Below, piece by piece: positions 9,396 through 18,097 of a stretch of 64,000 nucleotides of DNA. How positions within the stretch are numbered: position 1 is the stretch's first letter; every line of letters starts with the position of its first letter. Location of the stretch: the NCBI GenBank assembly GCA_965205265.1, contig CBDBGH010000003.1, positions 3,392,001 to 3,456,000 on the forward strand, in the 5' to 3' direction. The position numbers were made by a program, and so were the translations under genes. The notes beneath the pieces were generated by a model. The model was not told the DNA's origin. It did no database searches and saw only the letters and a list, made by a program, of their open reading frames with translations. Source of the stretch: Alphaproteobacteria bacterium (lineage in GTDB: Bacteria; Pseudomonadota; Alphaproteobacteria; Bin95).

Positions 9396-10510
9396 GTTCC
9401 TGTCTCCCTATCCTTCGGCCAAGCGCCGGCGGCAACGAGGCCGAACCCCCAAGCCGTTCGCTCCCCGATGCGCAGTAGCCCGGCGGCGGCATTCCGCCCG
9501 TCTTCCGGTATTTCGCAGAACAGCACGCTGCCCGGCGCCAGCACGCTGCGGAGCGGCAACGGGCGGCGCGCGAGCGAATTCCAGCCGCCGATGCGCTGCG
9601 GACGATCCAGGCAGGCCGCAACGACCTTTGCGCCGCCCAGCGCGTCGAGCGGGCGTTCGCCGCGAAGGACAGCCTCGTCGAGATCGAGCGGCGACAGGGC
9701 GCCCAGCACCGCCCGTCCGTCCGCTCCGACCGGCGCCGGAAGCGCATCGAGCTCCGCGCCGTCCTGCCATTCCCGGCACTGCGCCAGCCGGCTTTCGCCG
9801 CCCAAGGGAACCAGCCGGTCGACGAGGCCACCGGCCCAGTCCGCAGGCAGACCGGCGATGCGCATGCCGAGGGAAACGCCGCGCCCGGGACGTATCTGGC
9901 GTGTGCTGTAGAGCATGCCTTCCTTCGCGCTGCGGGTCTCGTTGTCACGCTCAAGACCGATGCGTTCTTCGATGGACCACAAGTCCTTGCTCTTGACGAT
10001 CTCGCTTGCCTGCGGAAGCACACCCCGCAAGACGGAGGTCATGCCTTCCAGGGTGAGCCATTCACGGTCGCCTGTCCGAAGCTTCGCACCGGTCCTGCAC
10101 TCTTCGGGAAGGTCGGGAAGGCGAACCTTCTTTCCCAGATCGCACCAGACCTCCTCCCCTAGCCGGAGCAGCACGCACGGCCGCCATCCGTCCGCTTCCC
10201 TGACGCCGAGCAGGTGGCGGGGCGGACGGAACAGCGGCTTCCCGCACCGGAGAAGAAAGGGCCCGTCGAAGCGAAGCCGGCCCAGGTCTTCCGGGCCGTT
10301 GCCGAGAACCTCGTTGAGCGATTCGGGCCACCGGCCGCGGCCGTTCCAGCCTCGCGCCAGCGCCAGCGCCACCCGCAGGGCGCCGACGGGCGTCGCTGGG
10401 TGCGGCGGGAACAGACTTCCCACATCGTCCTGCGGCGTGGCATCGCTTGCGAACGGTGTACCGTCGCGAAAGAACCACGTATCCACTGGTTCGAGGCGGA
10501 CGGCGATCAT
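9392..10510 (-). CDS. cmr3: Type III-B Cmr3
   Basis: PVDTWFFRDGTPF, LGGESR, IGGW, PGSV, GFG glycine loop. Confidence 0.92.
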   Translation of the reverse strand: MIAVRLEPVDTWFFRDGTPFASDATPQDDVGSLFPPHPATPVGALRVALALARGWNGRGRWPESLNEVLGNGPEDLGRLRFDGPFLLRCGKPLFRPPRHLLGVREADGWRPCVLLRLGEEVWCDLGKKVRLPDLPEECRTGAKLRTGDREWLTLEGMTSVLRGVLPQASEIVKSKDLWSIEERIGLERDNETRSAKEGMLYSTRQIRPGRGVSLGMRIAGLPADWAGGLVDRLVPLGGESRLAQCREWQDGAELDALPAPVGADGRAVLGALSPLDLDEAVLRGERPLDALGGAKVVAACLDRPQRIGGWNSLARRPLPLRSVLAPGSVLFCEIPEDGRNAAAGLLRIGERTAWGFGLVAAGAWPKDRETGT

Positions 10511-12444
10511 GCTTCATGCCCGCTGTGGCCGCCGGCAGCGAGGAAGCGGGCAAGGAGGAGCGCATCGAACCCGATCTTGTCTGCGCGCCCATCCGTCCCG
10601 CTGTCCTGCTCGTCGGCAGGCGCGTGCGCACGCTGCAACACGCGCCTGACGAGATCGACCATGTTTTCGGTCATTGGTTCTACTTGTGCCTCGTCGTTAT
10701 CGCCCCGCCTCATGGCCAGGCTGTGGCCGATTTCAGCGCGCAGGAAGGCCGGGAGATCGATGTCCGCCGGTATGTCGCCCCAGACGCCGGGACGCCAGGA
10801 GCCCCATCCACAGAGCCTGATCAGCAGTTCGCGGATGCGGTAGAGCAGCGCGGACGACAGGCCCGTTTCCGACATATGGTCTTCGAGGCTTTTCACCAGT
10901 TTTTGGACGAGACCGACAGACGATTCGGTGCGGCCTTCGTCCCGATACCACATCGTGACCCACTGGGAATGGAGGCCCCCGGGCTTGAGGACTCCAACCG
11001 CCAGCGAATCGCGGCCGTTCTCGTCCTTGGCAACATCGTCGAGCAGTCGATGGGCGCCGCGAAGCGCACTGGTGAGCGGATACCGGAAATGTACAAACAT
11101 GACCGCGGCCGAAAGGGTGGCCCCTGCCCTGTCTTCAAAGGTCGAGCGGTAGCAATCGGCCAGTTGCTCCGCGCAGCGCAGCGCGCCGGTGAGCGGCAGC
11201 ATGGCCAGCACATCGTCACCTCCGGCATAGACCGTTTCGCCGCAATGTTCCCTTACAATATTCGGCGCAGCCAACGTGAACTTCGCCAGCGCCCGGCCGA
11301 CATGCTCGCCGCCGGTCTCGCCCACCAGCCGGCCCAGCCGGTCGCCATCGGCAAGAAGCAGGGCGTAGAAAGAGGACGGCCCGAGACGTCGCCCATCCTG
11401 GCTGGCGGAGTGGATCTTCTTCAGTTTGTAGGCAAGGGTGTCTCGCATCTCGTCACCGGCATCGGGCTTGAGCGGACACCGCCGCTCGCTCCCGACCGCT
11501 TCGCGGTGAAACCAGTTGGCGTCGAGCCGATGGAAATCGCCGGCGGCGGAACGGTCCCGATCCGGCCATGGCGACCGGCGTTCGGATAGGACGCCACTCG
11601 GCGCGTACTGCTTGACCAGCCCGGCATATTCACGCGCCAGGTTCGGCACACAGGCTTCCACCTGACGCAGCCACGGCCGGGCGGCGATGTGCACCGTCGA
11701 CGGCCAGCGCGACCGCTCCACATTCCATCCCAGCGCTTCTTCGGCGACCCTTGGAAACAGGCGCTTGACCAGGGCGACGGCGCACAGCCGCTCATTGTCC
11801 CTCAGCTCCAGCGGGCCGACTCGTCCGCGTATATGCGCCCAGAAGCCGTTCTGCGCGCCCTTGTCCGCTGAACGCACATGACCCGAAAGCTCCTGCAGGT
11901 CGTGCATGACCGTGCATTTGTCGCCCGGCTCGGCGGGCGAAACATGGCTCCGCCAGTATTTGCGCCGGGCGAGAAGGCCAGCCTCGGCCCCAGCCTTGGC
12001 CGGGCCGGCGGTCCACACCACTTCCCAGAACGCGCCGGTCTGGCGGTCCCAAATCGCGCGCGTGTCGACGCCGAGGTCACAGGCGTCTTTGACAAACTCC
12101 CCCCACACGGCATCGCAGACCCGCGCCCATGCGCTGCGCAAGGCGGCATCGGCGGCGCGGGCGACCGCCGATGCTTCGGTATCGCCCGTGACATCGACCG
12201 CGAAGCGGTTGGGCAGCGAGCCGATTCCGGGCGGCTCGCCGGTCCTTTCGCCTGCTATCCATGCATAAAGCGCATCGCACTCGACGATCGGCCGAACGAT
12301 GCGGCCGCCGGCCTTCTCCGCGCCGTGCATGGCGTGCCCAGCGAGGAAAGCAAGGAGATACGAACTGCCCCACAGGTCGCGGGTGCGCCGCGACTGCGCG
12401 ACGAAGCCCTGCACCGGGCCGATGGCGATATCGAGACGCTGCAT
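10507..12444 (-). CDS. cas10: Cas10/Cmr2 lacking the HD nuclease domain, cyclase palm intact
   Basis: Starts directly at IAIGPVQGFVAQSRRTRDLWGSSYLL; ADGDRLG and YAGGDD present; ATG at 12444 overlaps the cmr1 stop (TAATG). Confidence 0.93.
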   Translation of the reverse strand: MQRLDIAIGPVQGFVAQSRRTRDLWGSSYLLAFLAGHAMHGAEKAGGRIVRPIVECDALYAWIAGERTGEPPGIGSLPNRFAVDVTGDTEASAVARAADAALRSAWARVCDAVWGEFVKDACDLGVDTRAIWDRQTGAFWEVVWTAGPAKAGAEAGLLARRKYWRSHVSPAEPGDKCTVMHDLQELSGHVRSADKGAQNGFWAHIRGRVGPLELRDNERLCAVALVKRLFPRVAEEALGWNVERSRWPSTVHIAARPWLRQVEACVPNLAREYAGLVKQYAPSGVLSERRSPWPDRDRSAAGDFHRLDANWFHREAVGSERRCPLKPDAGDEMRDTLAYKLKKIHSASQDGRRLGPSSFYALLLADGDRLGRLVGETGGEHVGRALAKFTLAAPNIVREHCGETVYAGGDDVLAMLPLTGALRCAEQLADCYRSTFEDRAGATLSAAVMFVHFRYPLTSALRGAHRLLDDVAKDENGRDSLAVGVLKPGGLHSQWVTMWYRDEGRTESSVGLVQKLVKSLEDHMSETGLSSALLYRIRELLIRLCGWGSWRPGVWGDIPADIDLPAFLRAEIGHSLAMRRGDNDEAQVEPMTENMVDLVRRVLQRAHAPADEQDSGTDGRADKIGFDALLLARFLAAGGHSGHEA

Positions 12445-13652
12445 TATGGCCGCACCTCGATGGCCTCGTCGAACCGTTCCTTGCATCGGCTCTCGTCGAG
12501 CAGGCGATCGAGGAAATCGTGGATCGGGCGGTAGAGTTCCTTCGGTTGCGCCAACAGAACCTTCTTTCCGCCGACCGAGACGGCCGTCCCTTGCGGCAGG
12601 AAAAGGGCAGGCAGGAACGACAAGACCGCGACTGGCGCACCGCCGCATTCGTGGATGTGGATGAACAACGGGCTGGCGCGGCGGTCGAGTTTCCATTGCC
12701 AGTCATGATGGGGGCCGACTTGCGCAACTGCCCCTTTCCCGTAATTGTGAGGAAGCCCGAACGCGATGCGCTCAGGGTGTCGGTTTCTTTCGTGCGGGCT
12801 TTTCTTCATCAGGTCGTGATCGAGCCGGAAGTTCTTCTCCGAGTCGATTTGCCCGAGGATCTTCCTGTCCCGCCCCCAGCTTCGATACCGGACGAGTTCC
12901 CGGCCGACCCGGTCGAGCAGCTGCAGCGGCTTTGCATCCTCGCCCGACAGCAGAACATGGCGGGCACCGGACGAGAAAGCCGTGTATTTGGGCAAATCGT
13001 CCGTCTCCCGGTTGCATCGAAGCTGCCCGATCGCCGCCTTCAGATCGTCCGCGGACTCCGGCGCGCTCCAGCATTGCTCGCCGTTCACGAGCAAGGACCG
13101 GAGCGCCAGCGAGCCGTATCCCTTTCGGCTCTTCGCGCCCATGCCGCTGAGGGTGCCGAGGGCGATGAGCGCCTCGCGAAGCAGGGCGATGTCCGCCTCG
13201 CTCAAGCCACGGCAACGAAGTTGAACGGTGAAGTCGAATGGTGCGCGCAGGCAGCCGCGCGTGAGCTGGGCAGCCTTCGTACCGCGCTTCCAGCTGTCGA
13301 ACGCCTCCATGACGCCATAGCCCAGATAGCGCGCGCCGGCACCAACCGTTTCATGGTTGTCGGCGACCACGGTCAGAATATCATCCTTTTTGTATATCGC
13401 CGGCGTCGCTTCAGTCGGCGCGAAGCGCATCAGCACGCGAGACTGACCACCGTCGGCGCTGCCGAAGAGCCTGTCTTCGCGGCGCTGGATGGCCTTGAGG
13501 TCGCCGCCGCAGCGCGGCCATGCCAGCGCCCGCCACCAGAAGCGCAGCGCGCCCTTGAAGCTCGGCAGGCGAAGCTCCGGGCGGGCGCTGTCCGCGCCTG
13601 CGCAGAACAGCGGGGTGACGGCCCGGTATGTCGCCTCAATCGCCGTCGGCAT
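12444..13652 (-). CDS. cmr1: Type III-B RAMP Cmr1
   Basis: TPLFCAGA, LRLPSFKGALRFWWRA, GMGAKSRKGYG, AFGLPH, RRASPL. Confidence 0.92.
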   Translation of the reverse strand: MPTAIEATYRAVTPLFCAGADSARPELRLPSFKGALRFWWRALAWPRCGGDLKAIQRREDRLFGSADGGQSRVLMRFAPTEATPAIYKKDDILTVVADNHETVGAGARYLGYGVMEAFDSWKRGTKAAQLTRGCLRAPFDFTVQLRCRGLSEADIALLREALIALGTLSGMGAKSRKGYGSLALRSLLVNGEQCWSAPESADDLKAAIGQLRCNRETDDLPKYTAFSSGARHVLLSGEDAKPLQLLDRVGRELVRYRSWGRDRKILGQIDSEKNFRLDHDLMKKSPHERNRHPERIAFGLPHNYGKGAVAQVGPHHDWQWKLDRRASPLFIHIHECGGAPVAVLSFLPALFLPQGTAVSVGGKKVLLAQPKELYRPIHDFLDRLLDESRCKERFDEAIEVRP

Positions 13653-15414
13653 AGTCGTCCTTCCCGCCGTCGAGCCAGAACGGCTCTCCGGCTTGCCAGG
13701 GGTCCCTCTCTTGTTCCCCTGCCGGTCGCCGGTCGATCAGCCCAAAACGCCGCACCGGGCAGGCCAGCTTGCGCGCCGCATCGGCGACTGCCTCGGCGGC
13801 AAGGCCCATCAGCGTCGTTCCCCCGGTGACATTGACGACAACCTGACCGGCGCCCACGAAGTGGGGGCGCGCCGCCTCTGCCAGCCGTTCGATCTCCGCC
13901 CGGTCGCCATAGGGGTCGTCCAGGCAGAGCCTCTCCATCGCGCCGCTATATCCGGCGCTGTCCGTCGCTTCCGCGATCCGGCCCGCCGTCTCCTGCGAAC
14001 AGATGACGAGGCACAGGTCGGGCTCCCGGGCGTCCCCGCCGCTTCTGCACGCTTGCAGCGCGCTGAACAGCACGCCCGGACGCAGGCCGATGGGGCTGAC
14101 CAAGATACGCCGGCCCGACTGTTCGCCGAAAAACAATGGGATCGAAGGGCAGCTGCGAAGAGTCTCTGCCCAATACTGTCGGACATGGCGCAGGTTCTTC
14201 CCGATTTCGGGATCGTCGACAATATCCTGTCGACGCATGCCGTGATGGGCGTAACCGTTGCGAAGGTTCCGGAGTTTGCCCCAGTAGTCTCCCAGTTGAC
14301 GCTGGCTGTCGTTCAGGTGCTCCCCAAGCGTCTTGTCCCCGCCGACGACCTCGGTCGCGTCGAGAAGATTGGCGGCGCCGCGCCGCGCGCCGCGATAGTC
14401 GAGCCATTCGTTCACTGGCCCTTGCGCCCACAGGGCCCAGGAGACGGTCCATTCGCTCATCAGGCCGAGCGCGGTAGCAACATGGCCGCGCTCCAGCAAG
14501 TCGTCGATATGCCGGGCCTGCCGTTTCAATTCACACTCGGTCAGGGACAGCTTGCCCTTCCAACCGTTACCGGCAGCCGGTTCAAGAACGAAAGGCGCGA
14601 GAGAACGGTCGATCCGCTCGGCCAGCTCATTGCCCAACGGCAGGCGGCAGTCATCCGAGATGAGCTTGCGCAGGGGTTTCCGGCGCTCACAGACAAGGCC
14701 CGCCTGCCGGCCCAGCTCAAGCGGAAGGCCCGAGAGGTAGGCGTCCGACATTCGCGTAAGATCTTTCGCGATCTTCTTCGCCGACTGCTCCGGCGAAACT
14801 CCGCAAAGAAGGTCGGCCATCGGCCGCGCGCTGCCCGTATCGTGCAGCGCCTGCAGCGCATGGAGCCAGCGAGGCAGTTCCAGAAGACCGCGGAGATCGA
14901 GAAACGGGCTGGGTTCGCTTTCGCGTAGCAGGCCGTAATACGCGCCGCGAACTCGCATGCCCCGCAGCGCGGAGACATACAGCGCGACCAGAAAGGTGAG
15001 GAACGAGAAATGCCGGAAGCCATGGGTCACATCGACGGTAATCTCGGCATTTTCGCCGACGGCGCCAGCGGCCTGAGCCATGAAGGTGTTGACCTCTTCC
15101 GGCGCTCCGCCTCCCCACACCCGAACCAGTTCCGTCCGGCAGCGGTCGCCCAATTTCGTTTGAAGCAACGGCCAGCTGTCGCGTTCCGCTTCCGGCGTGC
15201 ACAACGCCGCGATGCGGTCCGGGCGGTCGGATGGCGCAAGTAGGCCGTAGAGCGCGAGGGGTGCGAGATCTGCCTCAGCCTCGCGGCCTTCGAGACGGTA
15301 GCGCGCGGGTCTTGGCTCCCTGCCGAGCACCGTCAGCAGCACATGTTCCCCCGCTGGCTCGTCGGGCGCGCCGACGACTGCGCGACCGTCGCCAGCATTG
15401 CGGTTGTCATCCAT
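13636..15414 (-). CDS. csx1: Csx1/TM1812-like CARF-HEPN ribonuclease with an extra C-terminal CARF-like domain
   Basis: DVTHGFRH (DxTHG), HEPN RNGYAH, C-terminal ILVSPIG...VVVNVTGG; RBS GAGGAG before ATG at 15414. Confidence 0.8.
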   Translation of the reverse strand: MDDNRNAGDGRAVVGAPDEPAGEHVLLTVLGREPRPARYRLEGREAEADLAPLALYGLLAPSDRPDRIAALCTPEAERDSWPLLQTKLGDRCRTELVRVWGGGAPEEVNTFMAQAAGAVGENAEITVDVTHGFRHFSFLTFLVALYVSALRGMRVRGAYYGLLRESEPSPFLDLRGLLELPRWLHALQALHDTGSARPMADLLCGVSPEQSAKKIAKDLTRMSDAYLSGLPLELGRQAGLVCERRKPLRKLISDDCRLPLGNELAERIDRSLAPFVLEPAAGNGWKGKLSLTECELKRQARHIDDLLERGHVATALGLMSEWTVSWALWAQGPVNEWLDYRGARRGAANLLDATEVVGGDKTLGEHLNDSQRQLGDYWGKLRNLRNGYAHHGMRRQDIVDDPEIGKNLRHVRQYWAETLRSCPSIPLFFGEQSGRRILVSPIGLRPGVLFSALQACRSGGDAREPDLCLVICSQETAGRIAEATDSAGYSGAMERLCLDDPYGDRAEIERLAEAARPHFVGAGQVVVNVTGGTTLMGLAAEAVADAARKLACPVRRFGLIDRRPAGEQERDPWQAGEPFWLDGGKDDYADGD

Positions 15415-15782
15415 TACATGATCTCCTCGGGCGGGTTGCGGACTCGCCGCACGTGAGGCAGCGAACAGGCCGCCGTCCTTGTGCAGCGCTAGCCTGCGCA
15501 AACGAAACCGTCCGGGCACTCAAAATTTCCATCTTGAAGTCCAATTTCTGCAGCCTTGCCGCTTCTGCAAATAGTCAGACGGCCTGATGCCTTTCAACTG
15601 CCTACAATACCATAAACCTGCAACGGATTGTCGGCGCTGCCCTCGCTGAAGCTTGGCAGCCGATTGGCTCGCGCCAAACTGCGCTGCTTAACCAAGGGCG
15701 GTCTATCCGGCTTCTTTGCGAAGGGGCGGTAATAGAGGTAGCCGGCTTCATGAAAGACTTCGACCGAAACGAGGGCGGTCCG

Positions 15783-17519
15783 ATGACGCACGTACAGCTG
15801 GAACTCCATCTTCCCGCGCCGTCGGCGACCGGCGCCGACCCTCTGGTTCCGGCGCGGATGGTGAACGAGTTCGTCTACTGCCCGCGCCTTGCCTATCTCA
15901 TGTGGGGGCAGGCCGAATGGGCGGAGACCGGTGACACTGTGGACGGCCGGCGGGTCCACACCCGGGTAGACCGGCCGAGCAAGCCGCTGCCCGATCCCGA
16001 AGCCCTGGAGGCCGACAATGCCAAGGCGGTCAGCCGCTCCCTGACTCTCTCGTCCGAAAGGCTCGGTGTGATCGCGAAGATCGACATCGCCGAGGCCGGG
16101 GACGGCGTGGTCACGCCGGTCGACTACAAGCGCGGCAAGCGGCCCCATGTGGCCAGGGGCGCCTACGAGCCGGAACGAGTCCAGGTCTGCCTTCAGGCGC
16201 TGCTGCTCGAAGAGCATGGCTACCGGGTCGAGGAGGGCGCCATCTGGTATGCCGAAAGCCGCGAGCACGTGCGGATCGTCCTCGACGACGAGCTCCGCCT
16301 CGCCGCGCGGGAGGCGGTCAGCCGGCTGCGCCTGACGGTCGCCCACGAGCGCATCCCGCCACCCTTGAGGGACAGCCCGAAATGTCCGCGCTGTGCGCTC
16401 GTGTCCATTTGCCTGCCGGACGAAATGCGTGCGCTCGGGGGCTCCGACCTCGCGCCCCGCCCCATCGCCGTCGGGGCGGACGAGGCCCTGCCGCTGATCG
16501 TCCAGTCGCAGAGAGCGCGGGTCTCGAAGGAAGGCGAAACGCTCAAGGTCGCCGACGAGGAGCAGGGCGATACCACCGTGCGGTTGAACGACGTGTCCGA
16601 CGTGGCTCTGTTCGGGAACGTCTCGATCACCACGCCCGCGCTTGCCGTTCTCATGGATCGCGAAATCCCGGTCGCCTTCCACAGCCACGGCGGCTGGTTC
16701 CGCGGCATCGCCCACGGAGTAGGCCACCGGAATGTAGAGGTCCGCACGGCCCAGTATCGGCGCAGCTTCGACCCGACTTATTGCCTGGGCTTCGCCCGAG
16801 ATCTGGTTGCCGCCAAGATCGTGAACCAGCGGACCATCGTGCGCAGAAACTGGCGCGGTGATCGTGACCAGCGTAAGGTCGTGCTCGACCGGCTCAACGC
16901 CGCGCGGCGGTCAACGAAGGCTGCACCCTCGACAGGCGTATTGCTGGGCCTGGAAGGAGATTCGGCCGCGACATACTTTCGGGCGTTTTCTGAACTGCTC
17001 GCACCCCCTGGCGGTGGAAAATCGCCGGACGCCGCCGAAGGCTTGGCGCCGTTCCGCTTCGACGCCCGCAACCGGCGTCCTCCGACCGATCCCGTAAACG
17101 CCATGCTGTCGCTCGCCTACGCCATGCTGACGCGCCACCTGACCGTCGCGCTCGCCACGGTCGGGCTCGATCCGTATCGGGGCTTCTTCCATGCGCCACG
17201 CTACGGGAAGCCCGCGCTGGCGCTGGACATCATGGAGCCGTTTCGGCCGATCGTCGCGGACTCCGTGGTCCTGTCGGTGGTCAACACCGGCGAAGTCTCG
17301 CCGGGGGATTTTGTGAGCGCTTCCACCGGCACCTCCCTCACACCGGCCGGACGCCGCCGTTTCGTCGGCGCGTTCGAACGGCGGCTCTCCCAGGAGACCA
17401 CGCACCCGCTGTTCGGCTACCGGCTCAGCATGCGGCGGCTTCTCCTGCTTCAGGCGCGTCTGTTATGCCGCCATCTGCTGGATGAACTGCCCGGCTATCC
17501 GCACTACCTTCCCCGATGA
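15783..17519 (+). CDS. cas1: Cas4/Cas1 fusion (type I-G adaptation module)
   Basis: YCPR, KID, PVDYKRG, CPRCALVSIC Fe-S cysteines; Cas1 LGLEG, RPPTDPVNAMLS, GFFH, DIMEPFR. Alternative start at 15750. Confidence 0.95.
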   Translation: MTHVQLELHLPAPSATGADPLVPARMVNEFVYCPRLAYLMWGQAEWAETGDTVDGRRVHTRVDRPSKPLPDPEALEADNAKAVSRSLTLSSERLGVIAKIDIAEAGDGVVTPVDYKRGKRPHVARGAYEPERVQVCLQALLLEEHGYRVEEGAIWYAESREHVRIVLDDELRLAAREAVSRLRLTVAHERIPPPLRDSPKCPRCALVSICLPDEMRALGGSDLAPRPIAVGADEALPLIVQSQRARVSKEGETLKVADEEQGDTTVRLNDVSDVALFGNVSITTPALAVLMDREIPVAFHSHGGWFRGIAHGVGHRNVEVRTAQYRRSFDPTYCLGFARDLVAAKIVNQRTIVRRNWRGDRDQRKVVLDRLNAARRSTKAAPSTGVLLGLEGDSAATYFRAFSELLAPPGGGKSPDAAEGLAPFRFDARNRRPPTDPVNAMLSLAYAMLTRHLTVALATVGLDPYRGFFHAPRYGKPALALDIMEPFRPIVADSVVLSVVNTGEVSPGDFVSASTGTSLTPAGRRRFVGAFERRLSQETTHPLFGYRLSMRRLLLLQARLLCRHLLDELPGYPHYLPR

Positions 17520-17539
17520 CCGGCGACCGGCGGCCCGGG

Positions 17540-17833
17540 ATGAGCGACGAGCGCACCTACATCGTCACCTACGACATTTCCGACACGCGACGCTGGCGGC
17601 GCGTTTTCAAGACCATGAACGGCTTCGGGGAATGGCTTCAGCTATCGGTATTCCAGTGCCGCCTGTCGCGTCGTCGTCGCGCCGAGCTGGAAACGAAGCT
17701 GCGCGAACTCATCAAGGCGGGCGAGGACCACGTTCTGGTGATCGACATCGGACCGGCAGACAAGACCGATATCGCCGTCATGAGCATCGGCAAGACCTTT
17801 TCGGCGATCGAACGCCAAGCGGTTATTGTATGA
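17540..17833 (+). CDS. cas2: Cas2
   Basis: YIVTYDISD, GEWLQLSVF; alternative start at 17516. Confidence 0.95.
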   Translation: MSDERTYIVTYDISDTRRWRRVFKTMNGFGEWLQLSVFQCRLSRRRRAELETKLRELIKAGEDHVLVIDIGPADKTDIAVMSIGKTFSAIERQAVIV

Positions 17834-18097
17834 TGGCGCACCCGCTTCAAGGAACGGTGGATCCGATGCCTGACGCCGGAATCAGCCGTAGCCAGTTCCG
17901 CCGGACCGGTTCGAGCGGCGAGGCAACGCAGGAGTACCGGGAGTCGCTCGAAACTGTGCAACATGTTGATAGCCGGGAGATTTCGGGCGTTCGCCGGGGT
18001 ACTCAAGGCGCCAAATGGATGCCTGCGATAAGCAAATCCCGAACCGCTCGAAATCGTCCGGATTTTGCCTTGACGGTCAGGGGGTTGTAAGGTGACA
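17834..18097 (+). promoter_or_regulatory. CRISPR leader with an IHF-consensus site and repeated CGCTCGAA motifs
   Basis: 17959-17971 reads TATCAACATGTTG on the minus strand (fits WATCAANNNNTTR); TTCGAGCG at 17910 is inverted to CGCTCGAAA at 17945, which recurs at 18045. Confidence 0.7.

Noticed and set aside
12444-12696. 84-aa N-terminal extension of Cas10 as a possible HD domain
   Set aside because: It overlaps cmr1 and has no HD motif; the TAATG coupling supports a start at 12444.
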